This document shows positions 21,092 through 33,942 of a stretch of 54,626 nt of DNA, piece after piece. The stretch lies in the NCBI GenBank assembly GCA_902512415.1, contig CABXJB010000002.1, forward strand, positions 1 through 54,626, given 5' to 3'. Each line of letters starts with the position of its first letter. The stretch's first letter is position 1. This DNA comes from an uncultured Alphaproteobacteria bacterium. GTDB taxonomy: Bacteria; Pseudomonadota; Alphaproteobacteria; HIMB59; GCA-002718135. The position numbers and the translations under genes were made by a program. The notes under the pieces are model-generated. The model worked only from the letters and a program-made list of their open reading frames with translations, did not search any database and was not told the origin of the DNA.

Positions 21092-24000
21092 TTAGCTAAT
21101 TTCAATATTTGCAAGTCTATTCCTTTGTTCAAGAATTTCTTTATCTTTTATACTAGCTAAACGCTCATATTCTGAAGTTATCCTACCAGTTCCGGCTGGT
21201 ATAAGCCTTCCTACAATGACATTTTCTTTTAAACCTTTTAAAGGGTCTATTTTTCCAAGTGTCGCTGCATCAGTTAAAACTTTTGTAGTTTCTTGGAAAG
21301 AAGCGGCGGAAATGAAAGATGAAGTTTGGAGACTTGCTTTAGTTATACCAAGTAGGATAGGTTCATATTCAACGACTTGTTTACCATTAGCTGCAAGTTC
21401 AGCATTAAGTTTTATGATGTCTTTTTTATGAACCTGCTCACCATTCATTAAACTTGAGTCTCCAGATTTTTTTATTAAAACTTTCTGAAGCATTTGTCTT
21501 GCTATAGTTTCTATATGTTTATCATTTATATAAACACCCTGAAGTTTATATACTGACTGAACTTCCTTAACCAAATACCTTGCTAATTCTTCTACTCCAA
21601 GTATTCTTAAAATATCATGAGGCACTGGAGTTCCCTCAACAAGAATATCTCCTTTTTTTACAAAATCATCTTCTTGCACATTTAAGTACTTTGCTCTTGG
21701 AATTAATATTTCAAATGTTTCGCTTTCATCTAAACTATTAATTATAAGTCTTCTTTTATTTTTGTAATCTTTACCAAATGAAATTTTACCATCAATTTCA
21801 CACATTATAGCTGGGTCTTTTGGTTTTCTAGCTTCAAACAATTCTGCAACCCTAGGTAATCCACCAGTAATATCTTTAGTTTTAGATGACTCCTTAGGTA
21901 TTCTTGCTAAAACTTGTCCCGCATAAACTTCCTGTCCATCTTCTACACTCAAGATTGTATCAATTGACATTGGATAATTTGAAAAAATATCAGTGTCTAC
22001 TTCTTCAGAAGAAAAAGATTCTTGAATATTAATTGCAGGTTTGAAATTTTTCGATTTAGGATTTTGACTCCAATCAATTACAATTTTGCTAGAAATACCT
22101 GTAGTATCATCAATTGCCTCTCTAAATGAAATTCCTTGTTTTAAATCAATATATTTAATAAATCCGTCTCTTTCTGCTATTATAGGCAAAGTGTAAGGAT
22201 CCCATTCAGCAATAGTTTGATTTGATTTAACATCTTGACCATCTTTAACAAAAATTTTTGAACCAAAAGGAATATTTATCGAGTATTTTTCAACACCACT
22301 GTTTTCAATCTTAATTTTTCCATTTCGACTTAAGATGATTGAGTTAGAGAATTTATCTTTAATTAATTTGATATTTTCAAATTTTAATTTTCCATCAATT
22401 GGTGCTTGGGAATTAGATTGTTCTACAGAAGAACTAGCAGCTCCTCCTATGTGAAATGTTCTCATAGTTAATTGAGTTCCTGGCTCTCCTATAGATTGAG
22501 CAGCAATAATTCCAACTGCCTCACCTATATTAACTGATGTTCCACGAGCTAAATCTCTACCATAGCATTTTGCACATATGCCATTTTCAGTTTCACAGGT
22601 AAGAACTGATCTTATTTTGAGCGCTCTAAGATCTAATTTTACTATTTTATCTAAATGTTTTTCTTCAATTATATCTCCAGCTCTAACAATTAATTGGTCA
22701 TCATTATCTTTTAAATCTTCACAAGGAGTTCTGCCCAACACTCTTTCTGAGAGAGGTGATGTAATGTTTCCTGACTCAACTATTTCTTCAACAGTAACGC
22801 CTTTTTTTGTCCCACAATCTACTTCTCTTATAACTGCATCTTGAGCAACATCAACAAGTCGTCTTGTAAGATATCCGCTGCTTGCAGTTTTTAAAGCAGT
22901 ATCAGCAAGACCTTTCCTAGCACCATGAGTTGAGGTAAAATATTCTAATACCGTTAACCCTTCTTTGAAATTTGATTTTATAGGGTTTTCAATTATTTCA
23001 CCAGATGGTTTTGCCATTAAACCTCTCATTCCGGCTAACTGCTTAAGCTGTGCTGCTGATCCTCTTGCTCCAGAATGTGCCATCATATAGACTGAATTAA
23101 TAGGTTTATCATCTTCTGGATTTGAAATTGCATCAAGCATTTTATCTGCTACTTTATTTGTACATTCTGACCAAGCATCAACAACTTTATTATATTTTTC
23201 TCCTTGAGTAATTAAACCATCTTGATATTGATTTTCATACTCTTGAACTTTGCTTTGAGTATCTGCAAGAAGTTTTTTCTTTTCATCAGGTATAATTAAA
23301 TCATCTTTACCAAACGAAATTCCAGCAATAGCCGCATACTTAAAGCCAATTTGCATAATGTGGTCAGCAAATAAAACAGTCTCTTTTTGACCACAAAATC
23401 TGTAAACACTATCAATAATATTGCTTACTTCTTTTTTTGTTAATGTTTTATTAATCATCTCAAAACTAATATTTTTATTTTTTGGAAGAGCATTTGACAA
23501 TATCATTCTGCCTGGAGTAGTCTCTACTTTTAAAACTTCTCCTTTAAAATTTTTTATTCTTGATATTATTTTTGAATGCAATGATATATCTTTATTTTCT
23601 AAAGCTTTTAATATTTCATTAATATCTAAAAAGAATCTATTTTCACCTTTTTGATTTTCTCTCATTATCGATAGATAGTATATCCCTAATACAATATCTT
23701 GAGATGGGACTATTATCGGTTTACCACTAGATGGAGATAATATATTGTTTGTACTCATCATTAGAACTCTTGCCTCAAGCTGAGCTTCTAAACTTAATGG
23801 TACATGCACAGCCATTTGATCACCATCAAAGTCAGCATTAAATGCAGTACATACCAATGGATGTAACTGTATAGACTTACCCTCTATTAGGACAGGTTCA
23901 AAAGCCTGTATTCCCAATCTATGAAGAGTTGGCGCCCTATTAAGAAGGACTGGGTGCTCTCTTATTACTTCTTCTAAAATATCCCATACTCTTGGATCTT

Positions 24001-25216
24001 CTTTTTCTACAAGTTTTTTTGCGGCTTTAATTGTATTAGCCCATCCATAAATATCTAACTTGTGAAAAATAAATGGTTTGAAAAGTTCCAAAGCCATTTT
24101 TTTTGGAATTCCACACTGATGTAACATTAAGCTTGGACCAACAACTATTACTGATCTGCCTGAATAATCAACTCTTTTCCCAAGTAAATTTTGTCTAAAT
24201 CGACCCTGCTTACCTTTAAGCATATCAGAAAGTGATTTCAGAGGTCTTTTATTCGTTGAAGTTATAACTCTACCTCTTCTTCCATTATCAAAAAGAGCGT
24301 CAACAGACTCTTGAAGCATTCTCTTTTCATTTCTAATAATTATGTCAGGAGCGCGAAGATCTATTAATCTTTTTAATCTGTTATTTCTGTTAATTACCCT
24401 TCTGTACAAATCATTTAAGTCACTTGTAGCAAACCTTCCTCCATCAAGAGGTACTAAAGGTCTTAGTTCTGGAGGAATAACAGGTAGAACTCTCAAAATC
24501 ATCCATTCTGGCTTATTTTTTGAAACTATAAATGACTCTATTAATTTAATTCTTTTAGTTAATTTTGTTTTTTTGAGCTCAGATTTAGTGTCATTAAGTT
24601 CTTCTTTAGTTTTTTCAAAATCAGAGGTTAAGTCAATGTTCATTAACATCTGCTCAATCGCTTCAGCTCCGATTGCTGCACTAAAAGCATCTTCTCCAAA
24701 TTCATCTTGATAGTCAATATATTGCTCTTCAGAAATTACTTCTCCTTTTTTTAAATCAGTAAGTCCTGACTCAACTACAATAAACTGTTCAAAATATAAG
24801 ACTTTTTCAAGATTCTTAATCGTCATATCAAGTAATGTAGCAATACGACTTGGAAGTGATTTCATAAACCAAATATGTGAAACTGGTGCAGCAAGTTCTA
24901 TGTGACCCATTCTATCACGTCTAACTTTTGATAGAGTAACCTCAACGCCACATTTTTCACAAATTATTCCTCTAAACTTCATTCTCTTATATTTTCCACA
25001 AAGACACTCATAATCTTTAACTGGCCCAAATATTCTTGAACAAAAAAGTCCATCTTTTTCTGGCTTAAATGTACGGTAGTTTATGGTTTCTGGCTTTTTA
25101 ATTTCGCCAAAAGACCAAGAGCGAACATCTTCAGGGCTTGCAATGGATATTTTTAAGCTATTAAAATTTTGAATTCCTTGATTTTGATTAAAAATATTTA
25201 CTAGTTCTCTATTCAT
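21092..25216 (-). CDS. rpoC: DNA-directed RNA polymerase subunit beta'
   Basis: 1374 aa with zinc-binding [23 protein letters not shown] and catalytic [14 protein letters not shown]. Confidence 0.97.
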   Translation of the reverse strand: MNRELVNIFNQNQGIQNFNSLKISIASPEDVRSWSFGEIKKPETINYRTFKPEKDGLFCSRIFGPVKDYECLCGKYKRMKFRGIICEKCGVEVTLSKVRRDRMGHIELAAPVSHIWFMKSLPSRIATLLDMTIKNLEKVLYFEQFIVVESGLTDLKKGEVISEEQYIDYQDEFGEDAFSAAIGAEAIEQMLMNIDLTSDFEKTKEELNDTKSELKKTKLTKRIKLIESFIVSKNKPEWMILRVLPVIPPELRPLVPLDGGRFATSDLNDLYRRVINRNNRLKRLIDLRAPDIIIRNEKRMLQESVDALFDNGRRGRVITSTNKRPLKSLSDMLKGKQGRFRQNLLGKRVDYSGRSVIVVGPSLMLHQCGIPKKMALELFKPFIFHKLDIYGWANTIKAAKKLVEKEDPRVWDILEEVIREHPVLLNRAPTLHRLGIQAFEPVLIEGKSIQLHPLVCTAFNADFDGDQMAVHVPLSLEAQLEARVLMMSTNNILSPSSGKPIIVPSQDIVLGIYYLSIMRENQKGENRFFLDINEILKALENKDISLHSKIISRIKNFKGEVLKVETTPGRMILSNALPKNKNISFEMINKTLTKKEVSNIIDSVYRFCGQKETVLFADHIMQIGFKYAAIAGISFGKDDLIIPDEKKKLLADTQSKVQEYENQYQDGLITQGEKYNKVVDAWSECTNKVADKMLDAISNPEDDKPINSVYMMAHSGARGSAAQLKQLAGMRGLMAKPSGEIIENPIKSNFKEGLTVLEYFTSTHGARKGLADTALKTASSGYLTRRLVDVAQDAVIREVDCGTKKGVTVEEIVESGNITSPLSERVLGRTPCEDLKDNDDQLIVRAGDIIEEKHLDKIVKLDLRALKIRSVLTCETENGICAKCYGRDLARGTSVNIGEAVGIIAAQSIGEPGTQLTMRTFHIGGAASSSVEQSNSQAPIDGKLKFENIKLIKDKFSNSIILSRNGKIKIENSGVEKYSINIPFGSKIFVKDGQDVKSNQTIAEWDPYTLPIIAERDGFIKYIDLKQGISFREAIDDTTGISSKIVIDWSQNPKSKNFKPAINIQESFSSEEVDTDIFSNYPMSIDTILSVEDGQEVYAGQVLARIPKESSKTKDITGGLPRVAELFEARKPKDPAIMCEIDGKISFGKDYKNKRRLIINSLDESETFEILIPRAKYLNVQEDDFVKKGDILVEGTPVPHDILRILGVEELARYLVKEVQSVYKLQGVYINDKHIETIARQMLQKVLIKKSGDSSLMNGEQVHKKDIIKLNAELAANGKQVVEYEPILLGITKASLQTSSFISAASFQETTKVLTDAATLGKIDPLKGLKENVIVGRLIPAGTGRITSEYERLASIKDKEILEQRNRLANIEIS

Positions 25217-28200
25217 TTTCAGACACCTTACTTTCTATAGATTCTTTTGATTTAACATTATTTTTAAATTCTAAATTTAGACCAAGAGATCGAAGCTCTT
25301 TAACCATAACATTAAAAGACTCAGGGGTTCCTGACTCAAAGTTATTATCACCTTTTACTATTGATTCATAAACTTTAGTTCGTCCAGCTACATCGTCTGA
25401 TTTTATTGTTAATATTTCTTGAAGTGTATAGGCTGCTCCATAAGCTTCAAGGGCCCATACTTCCATTTCCCCAAATCTTTGACCGCCAAATTGAGCTTTA
25501 CCACCTAAAGGTTGTTGAGTAACAAGACTATAAGGGCCAATTGATCTAGCATGGATTTTTTCATCTACTAAATGATGCAATTTTAGCATATAGACATAAC
25601 CAACTGTTACAGGTCTTTCAAATTTTTCTCCAGTAACACCATCATATAATACTTCTTGTCCAGTTTTAGATACCCCTGATTTTTCTAACAACTCAGTAAT
25701 ATCTTTTTCCTTTGCTCCATCAAAAACTGGAGTTGCAAATGGAATTCCATCTTTCAAGTTTTCTGCAAGTTCTAACATCTGATCATCATTCATTTTTAGA
25801 ATTTCTTCTTTATGATCTTTATAGTCATAAATTTCTAAAAGTTTCTCTTGAAGGTTTTCGGTTTGGCCATCAACTTTCAATTGTGAAATCATTTCTTTAA
25901 CTTGATTCCCTAAAGAGGCTGAAGCCCATCCCAAATGAGTTTCAAGAATTTGACCAATATTCATACGACTCGGGACACCAAGTGGATTTAAAACTATATC
26001 AACGGGCCTTCCATCTTCAAGATATGGCATATCTTCTACGGGACAAATCTTAGAAATAACTCCTTTGTTCCCGTGTCTACCTGCCATTTTATCACCTGGT
26101 TGTAGTTTTCTTTTTACAGCAATAAAAACTTTAATTAATTTAAGAACTCCAGGCAATAATTCATCGCCACTTTGAATTTTATCAATCTTATTTTCAAATT
26201 TTTGATTTATATTTCCAAGTTGGTTTTCAAAATTTTTAATTAAAGACTCTATGTTAGTAGTGGTACTTTCTTCTTCAATATTAATCTTTATCAAATCATC
26301 TAAACTCAAGTTATCTAGCTGCTCAAAACTAAGTTTAGTTTTCTTTTCGATATCATTTATTCCTGATACAAATTTCTTACCTGTAAGTAATTCTTTTAAG
26401 TGATTTCCGAAACTTTTCTGAAGAATATGTAACTCATCTTCTCTATCTCTTGAAATCATTTCTATTTGAAAATTTTCAATACTTATAGCTCTTTCATCTT
26501 TTTCGATACCTCTTCTTGAAAAAACTCTTATCTCAACAACAGTTCCTTTAACTCCTGGAGGTACTCTTAAACTAGTATCCTTAACGTCTGCTGCTTTTTC
26601 TCCAAATATAGCCCTTAGTAATTTTTCTTCAGGAGTCATGGGAGACTCACCTTTTGGAGTAACTTTACCAACTAAAATATCTCCAGATGAAACTTCAGCT
26701 CCTACATAAACTATTCCAGTCTCATCAAGGTTTACAAGCATTTCTTCACTGGCATTAGGAATATCTCTTGTCACATCTTCAGGACCAAGTTTAGTATCGC
26801 GAGCCATTACTTCAAACTCTTCTACGTGTATTGAAGTAAAAACATCATCCTGAACTACTTTTTCAGATATTAAGATAGAGTCTTCAAAATTGTATCCATT
26901 CCATGGCATAAATGCAACTAATACATTTCTTCCAAGAGCGAGTTCTCCCAAATCAGTTGCAGGACCATCAGCTATTACTTGATTTTTCTTTACCTGATCT
27001 CCAACATTAACAAGAGGTCTTTGATTAATACATGTATTCTGATTAGATCTTTGAAATTTTTGTAAATTATAAATATCTATTTTATTAAGTGAATTATCTT
27101 TTTTATCTGTTACTCTAATTACTATTCTATTTGCATCTAATTGGTCAACGATGCCTTCTCTTCTAGCTATCAAAGTTGATCCACTATCTTTTGCAACAGT
27201 ATATTCCATACCAGTACCTACAAGCGGTGCCTTGGGTTTAATAAGTGGAACTGCTTGTCTCATCATATTTGAGCCCATTAAAGCTCTATTAGCATCATCA
27301 TTTTCTAAAAAAGGTATTAAAGATGAGGCAACTGAAACTAGTTGTTGAGGAGATACATCCATAAGGTCAATTGCATCAATTTCAGCATTAATAAACTCTC
27401 CATTTTTTCTTGAACTAACAACCTTATTTACAAATTTACCATCATTATTAACTTCAGAATTTGCCTGAGCAATAACAAAGTCTTCTTCATTAATTGCGCT
27501 TAAATAAATAACATCATTAGTAACTTTGTCATTTTTGACAATTCTGTAGGGTGTTTCAATAAAGCCGTATTGGTTAATTCTTGAATATGAGGCTAAACTG
27601 TTAATTAATCCAATATTTGCACCCTCAGGTGTTTCGATTGGACAAATTCTACCATAATGAGTTTGATGAACATCCCTTACTTCGAAACCAGCTCTTTCTC
27701 TATTTAATCCTCCAGGACCAAGAGCTGAAACTCTTCTTTTATGAGTAATTTCACTTAATGGATTTGTTTGATCCATGAATTGGCTTAACTGACTTGTTCC
27801 AAAAAATTCTTTGATTGAGGCAGCAACTGGCTTTGCGTTGATAATATCCTGAGGCATAATATTATCAACCTCAAGAGAGCTTAATCGCTCTTTAATTGCT
27901 CTATCCATTTTGAGCAAACCAACACGATATTGATTTTCAAGAAGTTCACCCACTGATCTAACTCGTCTGTTAGCCAAATGATCTATATCATCAATTTCGC
28001 CCTTTCCATCAATTAGATTGTGCATGTGATTAACTACGTCAACTATATCGGATTTATCTAATACTTTTTGATATATGTTTGTTTCTTTTTTAAACTTTGC
28101 ATTAATCTTCAATCTACCAACAGCAGAAAGATCATATCTGTCGGAATTAAAAAATAAATTACTAAAAAGCATTTCAGCCGTTTCAATTGTAGGAGGTTCA

Positions 28201-29417
28201 CCTGGTCGTAAAATTTTAAATAACTCAAATAATGCTTCCTCTCTAGATCTAGCTTTATCTAACTGAAGTGTATTTCTTAAATACGATCCTATTTCAATAT
28301 TATCTACTTTTAAGATATCTATTTTATTAATTTTATTTGAATTTAAAAAACTAACAAAATCCTCATCAATTTCAAAACCAGCCTCATAAAAAATTTTTCC
28401 AGATTTTTCATCAATGATATCTGAGGCTATAAATAATCCAATTAAAGAATTTTCATCAACCGAAATATTAGAAATATTTTTTTTCTTAATATCATTTATT
28501 GATTTCTGATTAACTTTTGTTCCTTTAGAGATAAGAATTTTACCATTTTTAGAATCTAAAAGGTCAAAAGCTAATATCTTAGATTTGTAAAATGATAAAT
28601 CTTCTTTGAATTGCCATCCAAATTCGTTTCTTTTATATGATATATTTTGATAAAAAATTGATAAAATTTCTTCACCTGTCATTCCTAATATTTTTTTTGG
28701 ATTTGGGTCAATTTTATTTTTTTCACACTCTTCTAAATATTTTTCTGATGAATTACTAAGTAGGCACTTTAATAATGTTGTTACAGGAAATTTTCTTTTT
28801 CTATCAATTCTAGCGTGAATATTATTTTTAGCATCGTGTTCAAAGTCAAGCCATGAACCTCTATAAGGGATTATTCTTGCATTGAATAAGTACTTTCCAC
28901 TTGTATGAGTGCTGCCAAAATCATGATCAAAAAATACACCTGGAGATCTATGCATCTGGCTAACAACAACTCTTTCAGTTCCATTTACAACAAAAGTTGC
29001 ATTTTTTGTCATCAATGGAATTTCACCCATATAAACTTCTTGTTCTTTAATATCTCTAACTGATTTAGTACCTGCAATTTCATCAATATCCCAAATAATC
29101 AATCTGAAATTCACTAACAAAGGAGCGCCATATGTCATGCCTCTTTGTGAACATTCTTGAACATCATATTTTGGAATACCTATATCGAAACTTACATAAT
29201 CTACTGTTGCTCTCTCTGTATAATCATTAATAGGGAAGACAGACTTAAAAATAGCATGTAATCCAATATCTTCCTTTTTTTCAGGTGGAACTTTGAGTTG
29301 TAAAAAATTATCAAATGATCTTTTTTGAACCTCAACTAAATTAGGTAGTGAAGTTACCAGGGGTATTTTTCCAAAAGATTTTCTAATTTTTTTTTGATTG
29401 ATATAATCTAGACTCAT
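25209..29417 (-). CDS. rpoB: DNA-directed RNA polymerase subunit beta
   Basis: 1402 aa with [17 protein letters not shown] and the rifampicin-cluster region [34 protein letters not shown]. Confidence 0.97.
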   Translation of the reverse strand: MSLDYINQKKIRKSFGKIPLVTSLPNLVEVQKRSFDNFLQLKVPPEKKEDIGLHAIFKSVFPINDYTERATVDYVSFDIGIPKYDVQECSQRGMTYGAPLLVNFRLIIWDIDEIAGTKSVRDIKEQEVYMGEIPLMTKNATFVVNGTERVVVSQMHRSPGVFFDHDFGSTHTSGKYLFNARIIPYRGSWLDFEHDAKNNIHARIDRKRKFPVTTLLKCLLSNSSEKYLEECEKNKIDPNPKKILGMTGEEILSIFYQNISYKRNEFGWQFKEDLSFYKSKILAFDLLDSKNGKILISKGTKVNQKSINDIKKKNISNISVDENSLIGLFIASDIIDEKSGKIFYEAGFEIDEDFVSFLNSNKINKIDILKVDNIEIGSYLRNTLQLDKARSREEALFELFKILRPGEPPTIETAEMLFSNLFFNSDRYDLSAVGRLKINAKFKKETNIYQKVLDKSDIVDVVNHMHNLIDGKGEIDDIDHLANRRVRSVGELLENQYRVGLLKMDRAIKERLSSLEVDNIMPQDIINAKPVAASIKEFFGTSQLSQFMDQTNPLSEITHKRRVSALGPGGLNRERAGFEVRDVHQTHYGRICPIETPEGANIGLINSLASYSRINQYGFIETPYRIVKNDKVTNDVIYLSAINEEDFVIAQANSEVNNDGKFVNKVVSSRKNGEFINAEIDAIDLMDVSPQQLVSVASSLIPFLENDDANRALMGSNMMRQAVPLIKPKAPLVGTGMEYTVAKDSGSTLIARREGIVDQLDANRIVIRVTDKKDNSLNKIDIYNLQKFQRSNQNTCINQRPLVNVGDQVKKNQVIADGPATDLGELALGRNVLVAFMPWNGYNFEDSILISEKVVQDDVFTSIHVEEFEVMARDTKLGPEDVTRDIPNASEEMLVNLDETGIVYVGAEVSSGDILVGKVTPKGESPMTPEEKLLRAIFGEKAADVKDTSLRVPPGVKGTVVEIRVFSRRGIEKDERAISIENFQIEMISRDREDELHILQKSFGNHLKELLTGKKFVSGINDIEKKTKLSFEQLDNLSLDDLIKINIEEESTTTNIESLIKNFENQLGNINQKFENKIDKIQSGDELLPGVLKLIKVFIAVKRKLQPGDKMAGRHGNKGVISKICPVEDMPYLEDGRPVDIVLNPLGVPSRMNIGQILETHLGWASASLGNQVKEMISQLKVDGQTENLQEKLLEIYDYKDHKEEILKMNDDQMLELAENLKDGIPFATPVFDGAKEKDITELLEKSGVSKTGQEVLYDGVTGEKFERPVTVGYVYMLKLHHLVDEKIHARSIGPYSLVTQQPLGGKAQFGGQRFGEMEVWALEAYGAAYTLQEILTIKSDDVAGRTKVYESIVKGDNNFESGTPESFNVMVKELRSLGLNLEFKNNVKSKESIESKVSENE

Positions 29418-29441
29418 TTATTCCCCTTTGTTTAACATTTT

Positions 29442-29463
29442 AAAAAAACCCCGCTAAGCGGGG
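29442..29463 (-). terminator. intrinsic terminator/attenuator hairpin between rplL and rpoB
   Basis: Minus-strand RNA reads CCCCGC-UUA-GCGGGG followed by U7 (plus strand a7 ccccgctaagcgggg). It is the only strongly GC-rich hairpin plus U-tract I found inside the large array. Confidence 0.75.
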
Positions 29464-29473
29464 TCTTAAGAAA

Positions 29474-29845
29474 TTATTTAAGTTCTACTTTTGCTCCTGC
29501 AGCCTCAAGAGCTTTTTTCATCTCTTCTGCTTCAGCTTTTGCAACACCTTGTTTTAATAGTTTAGGCGCTCCTTCAACAAGATCTTTTGCTTCTTTTAAG
29601 CCAAGAGCTGTTATTGTTCTAACCTCTTTAATAACTGCAATTTTATTTGATCCAGCTTCTGCTAAAACAACATCAAAATCTGTTTTTTCTTCAGTTGCAG
29701 ATTCACCACCAGTAGCAGCTGCAGCTGCAGCAACGGGTGCCGCGGCAGAAACACCCCATTTCTCTTCTAAAAGTTTGCTTAGTTCAGCAGCTTCAAGAAC
29801 AGTAAGTGATGATAAATCATCAACAATTTTATTTAAATCAGCCAT
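29474..29845 (-). CDS. rplL: 50S ribosomal protein L7/L12
   Basis: 123 aa with an Ala-rich hinge ([14 protein letters not shown]) and C-terminal [10 protein letters not shown]. Confidence 0.95.
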   Translation of the reverse strand: MADLNKIVDDLSSLTVLEAAELSKLLEEKWGVSAAAPVAAAAAATGGESATEEKTDFDVVLAEAGSNKIAVIKEVRTITALGLKEAKDLVEGAPKLLKQGVAKAEAEEMKKALEAAGAKVELK

Positions 29846-29863
29846 TTATTTCTCCTTCTAAAC

Positions 29864-30391
29864 CTAATTGGACTTATCCATACTTTCACCATGAGCGCTA
29901 ACTAACCTAGCTAATTGACCAGAAGGCTCCTTAACTATTAAAGCAATCTTCTGAGCTGGTGCAGAAATTAAACCCAAAATCTTCCCTCTTAATTCATCCA
30001 TTGATGGAAGAGTTGCGAGAAAATTGATTTTATCAAGATCTATTTTTTCTCCATCATAGCTACCACCAATGATTTTAAACTTCTCAAGTTTTTTATCAAA
30101 ATTAGCAGCAACTTTTGCAGGAGCAACTGGATCATCAGAATAAGCTATTGCTGTTGGTCCATTAAATAAATCTATTAAATCTTTAAATTTTGTTTGCTCT
30201 AGTGCGAGTTTTGTAAGTCTGTTCTTAGTAACTTTGAACTTAGCCCCATTGTTTCTCATCTCAGTTCTTAATTGTTCTGATTCATTCACAGTAAGACCTG
30301 AATAGTGAGCTACAATAACTGAAGATGAGGTATCTAATTCATCTTTCAATTTTTCGACTAATTCTTTTTTTTCAGAACGTTTCACTTTCAC
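29864..30391 (-). CDS. rplJ: 50S ribosomal protein L10
   Basis: 175 aa in position before rplL, with GLTV..... LR and AKFKVTKN. GTG start; a second GTG at 30385 preceded by GAGGTG may be the true start. Confidence 0.9.
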   Translation of the reverse strand: MKVKRSEKKELVEKLKDELDTSSSVIVAHYSGLTVNESEQLRTEMRNNGAKFKVTKNRLTKLALEQTKFKDLIDLFNGPTAIAYSDDPVAPAKVAANFDKKLEKFKIIGGSYDGEKIDLDKINFLATLPSMDELRGKILGLISAPAQKIALIVKEPSGQLARLVSAHGESMDKSN

Positions 30392-30564
30392 CTCGGTTTA
30401 ATTTAGGTAAAACCTAAAATTAGCTGTCTTAAGTTTGCTAACCAAACTAAGACAAGCCTGTCAAGAAGCCAGTAATGACTCGCTTCAGTCTATGCAGGAT
30501 ATTAAGCAAAAGCCCCTGCAGTCTTTGACAGGTGGTAGCCAAGTGACTACCTGTCGAACTATTA
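30392..30564 (-). promoter_or_regulatory. rplJ (L10) mRNA leader, probable L10(L12)4 autoregulatory structure
   Basis: 173-nt untranslated gap, the longest in the array. It is visibly richer in G+C than its surroundings (e.g. cctgcagtctttgacaggtggtagccaagtgactacctgtcg contains the inverted repeat gacaggt...acctgtc). Confidence 0.55.
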
Positions 30565-31254
30565 TTAACGTAAACTTGTTAAGTTAACTTTTAATCCAAC
30601 ACCCATAGTTGAAGCTATGGTAACTTTTTTTATGAATGATCCTTTCACAGAATCGGGTTTACTTTTATTAATTGAAGTAAAAAAAGCTTTTAGATTCTCT
30701 AAAAGATCATTCTCGTCAAAATTCATTTTTCCAATTCCTGCATGAACTATCCCAGCCTTGTCGTTCTTGTATTGAACTTGACCGGATTTTGCATTCTCTA
30801 CAGCGTTTTTTATTTCTTGAGTTACTGTTCCTAGTTTTGGATTTGGCATTAAACCTTTTGGACCTAAAATTTTAGCTACCTTACCTATTGAAGACATCAT
30901 ATCTGGTGTTGCTATCATAAGGTCAAAATTTATTTTACCTGAAGTAATTGAATCTATTAGATCTGCTTCACCAACAATATCGGCTCCAGCTTCTTTTGCT
31001 TCATTTTGCTTATCCCCTTTAGCTAGAACAGCAACCTTAATCGTTTTACCTGTTCCTTTAGGAAGACTAGTTACACCTCTTATATTTTGGTCTGTTTTAT
31101 TTGAATCAATTCCTAAATTAATAGCAACCTCTAAAGCTTCTTCAAATTTTGTATAGGAATTTTCCTTAAGTATTTTAATAGCTTCTATTGGGTCATAAAC
31201 CTTTGAGGTATCAACTTTTTCAACTAATTTTTTATTATTTTTAGTTCTTTTCAT
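30565..31254 (-). CDS. rplA: 50S ribosomal protein L1
   Basis: 229 aa with DQNIRGVTSLPKGTGK and ATPDMM...GK.AKILGPKGLMPNPK. Confidence 0.95.
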   Translation of the reverse strand: MKRTKNNKKLVEKVDTSKVYDPIEAIKILKENSYTKFEEALEVAINLGIDSNKTDQNIRGVTSLPKGTGKTIKVAVLAKGDKQNEAKEAGADIVGEADLIDSITSGKINFDLMIATPDMMSSIGKVAKILGPKGLMPNPKLGTVTQEIKNAVENAKSGQVQYKNDKAGIVHAGIGKMNFDENDLLENLKAFFTSINKSKPDSVKGSFIKKVTIASTMGVGLKVNLTSLR

Positions 31255-31683
31255 TTAGTTTATAACCTCCATACCCATGGATACAGCAGAACCTTTAACC
31301 ATATTAATTGCTCCATTAAGGTCGATGGCATTAAGATCTTGCATTTTTTCTTTCGCAATTTTTGCAATATCAGCAGAATTTACTTTACCAACTAAACTTC
31401 TACCTGGTGTAGAATTTCCTTTTTTAATTTTCGCAGCTTTTTTTAAGTAATAACTAACTGGGGGTAACTTAGTAACAAAATCAAATGATTTATCCTTATA
31501 AGCAGTTATAACAACAGGAATAGGTGCGCCTTTTTCAATATCTTTAGTTTTATCATTAAAAGCTTTACAAAAATCCATTATGTTTAGACCTCTTTGTCCT
31601 AAAGCAGGTCCTACTGGAGGTGAAGGATTAGCTCCTCCGGCTGGAATTTGAAGTTTAATATATCCTAATATTTCTTTTGCCAT
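31255..31683 (-). CDS. rplK: 50S ribosomal protein L11
   Basis: 142 aa with [30 protein letters not shown]. Confidence 0.95.
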   Translation of the reverse strand: MAKEILGYIKLQIPAGGANPSPPVGPALGQRGLNIMDFCKAFNDKTKDIEKGAPIPVVITAYKDKSFDFVTKLPPVSYYLKKAAKIKKGNSTPGRSLVGKVNSADIAKIAKEKMQDLNAIDLNGAINMVKGSAVSMGMEVIN

Positions 31684-31699
31684 ACTATCCTTCTTTAAC

Positions 31700-32233
31700 T
31701 TATGTTTTTTCCACTTGTGAATATTCTAAATCTACTGGAGTTAATCTGCCAAATATAGAAACAGCGACCCTTAATCTAGCTTTTTCTTCATCAATTTGTT
31801 CTATTTCTCCATTAAATGATGCGAAAGGTCCATCTATCACTTTAACTTGCTCACCCACATCATACATAATAGCTGGTCTTGACTTTTCAATTCCGTCAAT
31901 TACTTGCTCAGAGATTCTTTTTGCTTCTGAATTACTTATAGGTATTGGTTTACCTTTATTACCAAGGAATCCTGATAATTTAGGAGTATTTTTAATTATA
32001 TGCCATGTATCGTCATTTAAGTTCATCTTGATCAAGATATAGCCAGGAAAAATTTTTCTTTCAGAATTTACCCTTACACCTCTTTTTACTTCAACAATAT
32101 TTTGAGTTGGAACAGATACTTCTTCTATATGCTCAGAAATGCCCATCTTTTCAGCTTGATCAACTATACTATCAGCGACTTTTTTTTCATAGCCTGAGTA
32201 AGAATGAAGAACATACCATCTACATTTAATCAT
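31700..32233 (-). CDS. nusG: transcription termination/antitermination factor NusG
   Basis: Has [14 protein letters not shown] at the N-terminus and KOW motif [22 protein letters not shown]. The track ORF opens at 32251, but the ATG at 32233 (MIKCRWYV) sits just after the secE stop. Confidence 0.9.
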   Translation of the reverse strand: MIKCRWYVLHSYSGYEKKVADSIVDQAEKMGISEHIEEVSVPTQNIVEVKRGVRVNSERKIFPGYILIKMNLNDDTWHIIKNTPKLSGFLGNKGKPIPISNSEAKRISEQVIDGIEKSRPAIMYDVGEQVKVIDGPFASFNGEIEQIDEEKARLRVAVSIFGRLTPVDLEYSQVEKT

Positions 32234-32234
32234 A

Positions 32235-32450
32235 TTAAAAACCAGAACCAATCTGTATTACTTTTTGAATTAAAAAAGACCATAGTTGATCAGTTAGAAG
32301 AAAAAAAATCGAAAAGAGAAAAATTAGCAATATTACAATCGCAGAAGAAATAAATGTATCTTTTCTTTGTGGCCATGTTACTTTTTGTAACTCTTGCCTT
32401 ACCTGTCTTACAAACTGAGCAGGTGTTGTTTTTTTCTTTTCTATATTCAT
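32235..32450 (-). CDS. secE: preprotein translocase subunit SecE
   Basis: 71 aa with FVRQVRQELQKVTWP followed by a single TM helix. Canonical tRNA-Trp/secE/nusG order. Confidence 0.9.
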   Translation of the reverse strand: MNIEKKKTTPAQFVRQVRQELQKVTWPQRKDTFISSAIVILLIFLFSIFFLLTDQLWSFLIQKVIQIGSGF

Positions 32451-32477
32451 AGTAACTTTCAGTATTAATTAAATTAT

Positions 32478-32553
32478 TGGCAGGAGTGGCAGGACTTGAA
32501 CCCGCAGCCCCCGGTTTTGGAGACCGGTGCTCTACCAGTTGAGCTACACTCCT
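32478..32553 (-). tRNA. tRNA-Trp (anticodon CCA)
   Basis: Reverse complement AGGAGTGTAGCTCAACTGGTAGAGCACCGGTCTCCAAAACCGG...GGTTCAAGTCC...CTCCTGCCA. Anticodon loop CTCCAAA. Length 76 nt. Confidence 0.9.
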
Positions 32554-32595
32554 AATTTAAAAAGTAGCTAAAACTAGTAAAGAGGTCTCAAATAC

Positions 32596-33786
32596 CTATT
32601 CAATAATTTCAGCAACAACTCCAGCACCAACAGTTCTACCACCTTCTCTAATTGCAAACTTAAGACCTTTGTCCATTGCAATTGCAGATAACAAAGTAAC
32701 TTCCATTGTAATGTTATCACCAGGCATTACCATTTCAGTACCTTCAGGTAGTTTAATAGTTCCAGTTACGTCAGTGGTTCTAAAATAAAACTGCGGTCTG
32801 TAGTTAGAGAAGAAAGGGGTATGTCTACCACCCTCTTCTTTTTTAAGAACATATGCCTCTACTTTAAATTTAGTATGAGGATTTATTGATCCGGGTTTAG
32901 CTAAAACTTGTCCTCTTTCAACTTCTTCTCTCTTAGTGCCTCTCAAAAGAACACCTACATTATCTCCAGCCTCTCCAGAATCAAGAAGTTTCCTAAACAT
33001 CTCAACTCCAGTACAAGTTGTCTTTTGTGTTTCTCGTATACCAGAGATTTCAATTTCTTCTCCAACTTTAATAACACCCTGTTCAATACGACCAGTAACA
33101 ACTGTACCTCTTCCAGATATTGAGAAAACATCTTCAACAGGCATTAAGAAAGGTTTATCTTTTGGTCTGTCAGGTTGAGGTATGTGTTCATCAACGGCTT
33201 TCATTAATTCTAAAATTGAATTTTTTCCTTTTTCATCATCTTTACCTTCCAAAGCTGCTAAAGCCGATCCCTTAATGATAGGGATAGTATCACCAGGAAA
33301 TTCATAAGAAGTTAGAAGTTCTCTTAATTCCATTTCAACAAGATCAACTAATTCTTTATCATCTATTTGATCTATTTTATTCATATAAACAACAAGTGCT
33401 GGTACTCCAACTTGTCTTGCTAGTAGGATATGTTCACGCGTTTGAGGCATAGGTCCATCAGCTGCATTAACAACCAAGATAGCTCCGTCCATTTGTGCTG
33501 CGCCTGTAATCATGTTCTTTACATAATCAGCGTGCCCTGGACAATCAACGTGAGCATAGTGTCTTTTTTCAGTTTCATACTCAACGTGAGCTGTAGCGAT
33601 TGTAATGCCACGTTCTCTTTCTTCTGGTGCTTTATCAATCTGATCAAATGCAGTAAATTCAGCTCCGCCTGACTCAGACAAAACTTTTGTAATTGCTGCA
33701 GTTAATGTAGTTTTCCCATGATCCACATGACCAATTGTACCAATGTTACAATGCGGTTTGTTTCTTTCAAATTTTGCTTTAGCCAT
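32596..33786 (-). CDS. tuf: translation elongation factor Tu
   Basis: 396 aa with [23 protein letters not shown] and NKID. Confidence 0.97.
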   Translation of the reverse strand: MAKAKFERNKPHCNIGTIGHVDHGKTTLTAAITKVLSESGGAEFTAFDQIDKAPEERERGITIATAHVEYETEKRHYAHVDCPGHADYVKNMITGAAQMDGAILVVNAADGPMPQTREHILLARQVGVPALVVYMNKIDQIDDKELVDLVEMELRELLTSYEFPGDTIPIIKGSALAALEGKDDEKGKNSILELMKAVDEHIPQPDRPKDKPFLMPVEDVFSISGRGTVVTGRIEQGVIKVGEEIEISGIRETQKTTCTGVEMFRKLLDSGEAGDNVGVLLRGTKREEVERGQVLAKPGSINPHTKFKVEAYVLKKEEGGRHTPFFSNYRPQFYFRTTDVTGTIKLPEGTEMVMPGDNITMEVTLLSAIAMDKGLKFAIREGGRTVGAGVVAEIIE

Positions 33787-33817
33787 TTTATTTTACCCCA
33801 GTATTAAATTTTCATTT

Positions 33818-33891
33818 TGGAGCGGGTGAAGGGAATCGAACCCTCGTAGCCAGCTTGGAAGGCTGGAGCTTTACCACTAAGCTACACCCGC
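33818..33891 (-). tRNA. tRNA-Gly (anticodon TCC)
   Basis: Reverse complement GCGGGTGTAGCTTAGTGGTAAAGC...CCAGCCTTCCAAGCTGG...GGTTCGATTCCC...CACCCGCTCCA. Length 74 nt. Confidence 0.9.
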
Positions 33892-33942
33892 TTTTAAACT
33901 GACTCACTCACTCATCACTTTTATTCCTACTCTCCAACATAA

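Noticed and set aside
24342-24710. 122-aa plus-strand ORF. The same applies to 21216-21431, 22578-22844 and 23421-23654.
   Set aside because: All lie inside and antisense to rpoC. They are long open antisense frames with no recognisable motifs and no independent intergenic space.
31677-32042. 121-aa plus-strand ORF
   Set aside because: It lies entirely antisense to rplK/nusG, whose products are unmistakable. Its low-complexity S/L/I-rich translation is typical of a shadow ORF on the opposite strand of a real gene.
32234-32251. N-terminal extension of nusG (MVLVFN...) overlapping secE. Similar extensions occur in rpsQ (13416-13427) and the tusA-like gene (TTG at 39705).
   Set aside because: Internal ATGs give the conserved N-termini ([23 protein letters not shown]) and tidy start/stop junctions. 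The extensions are probably ORF-caller artefacts.
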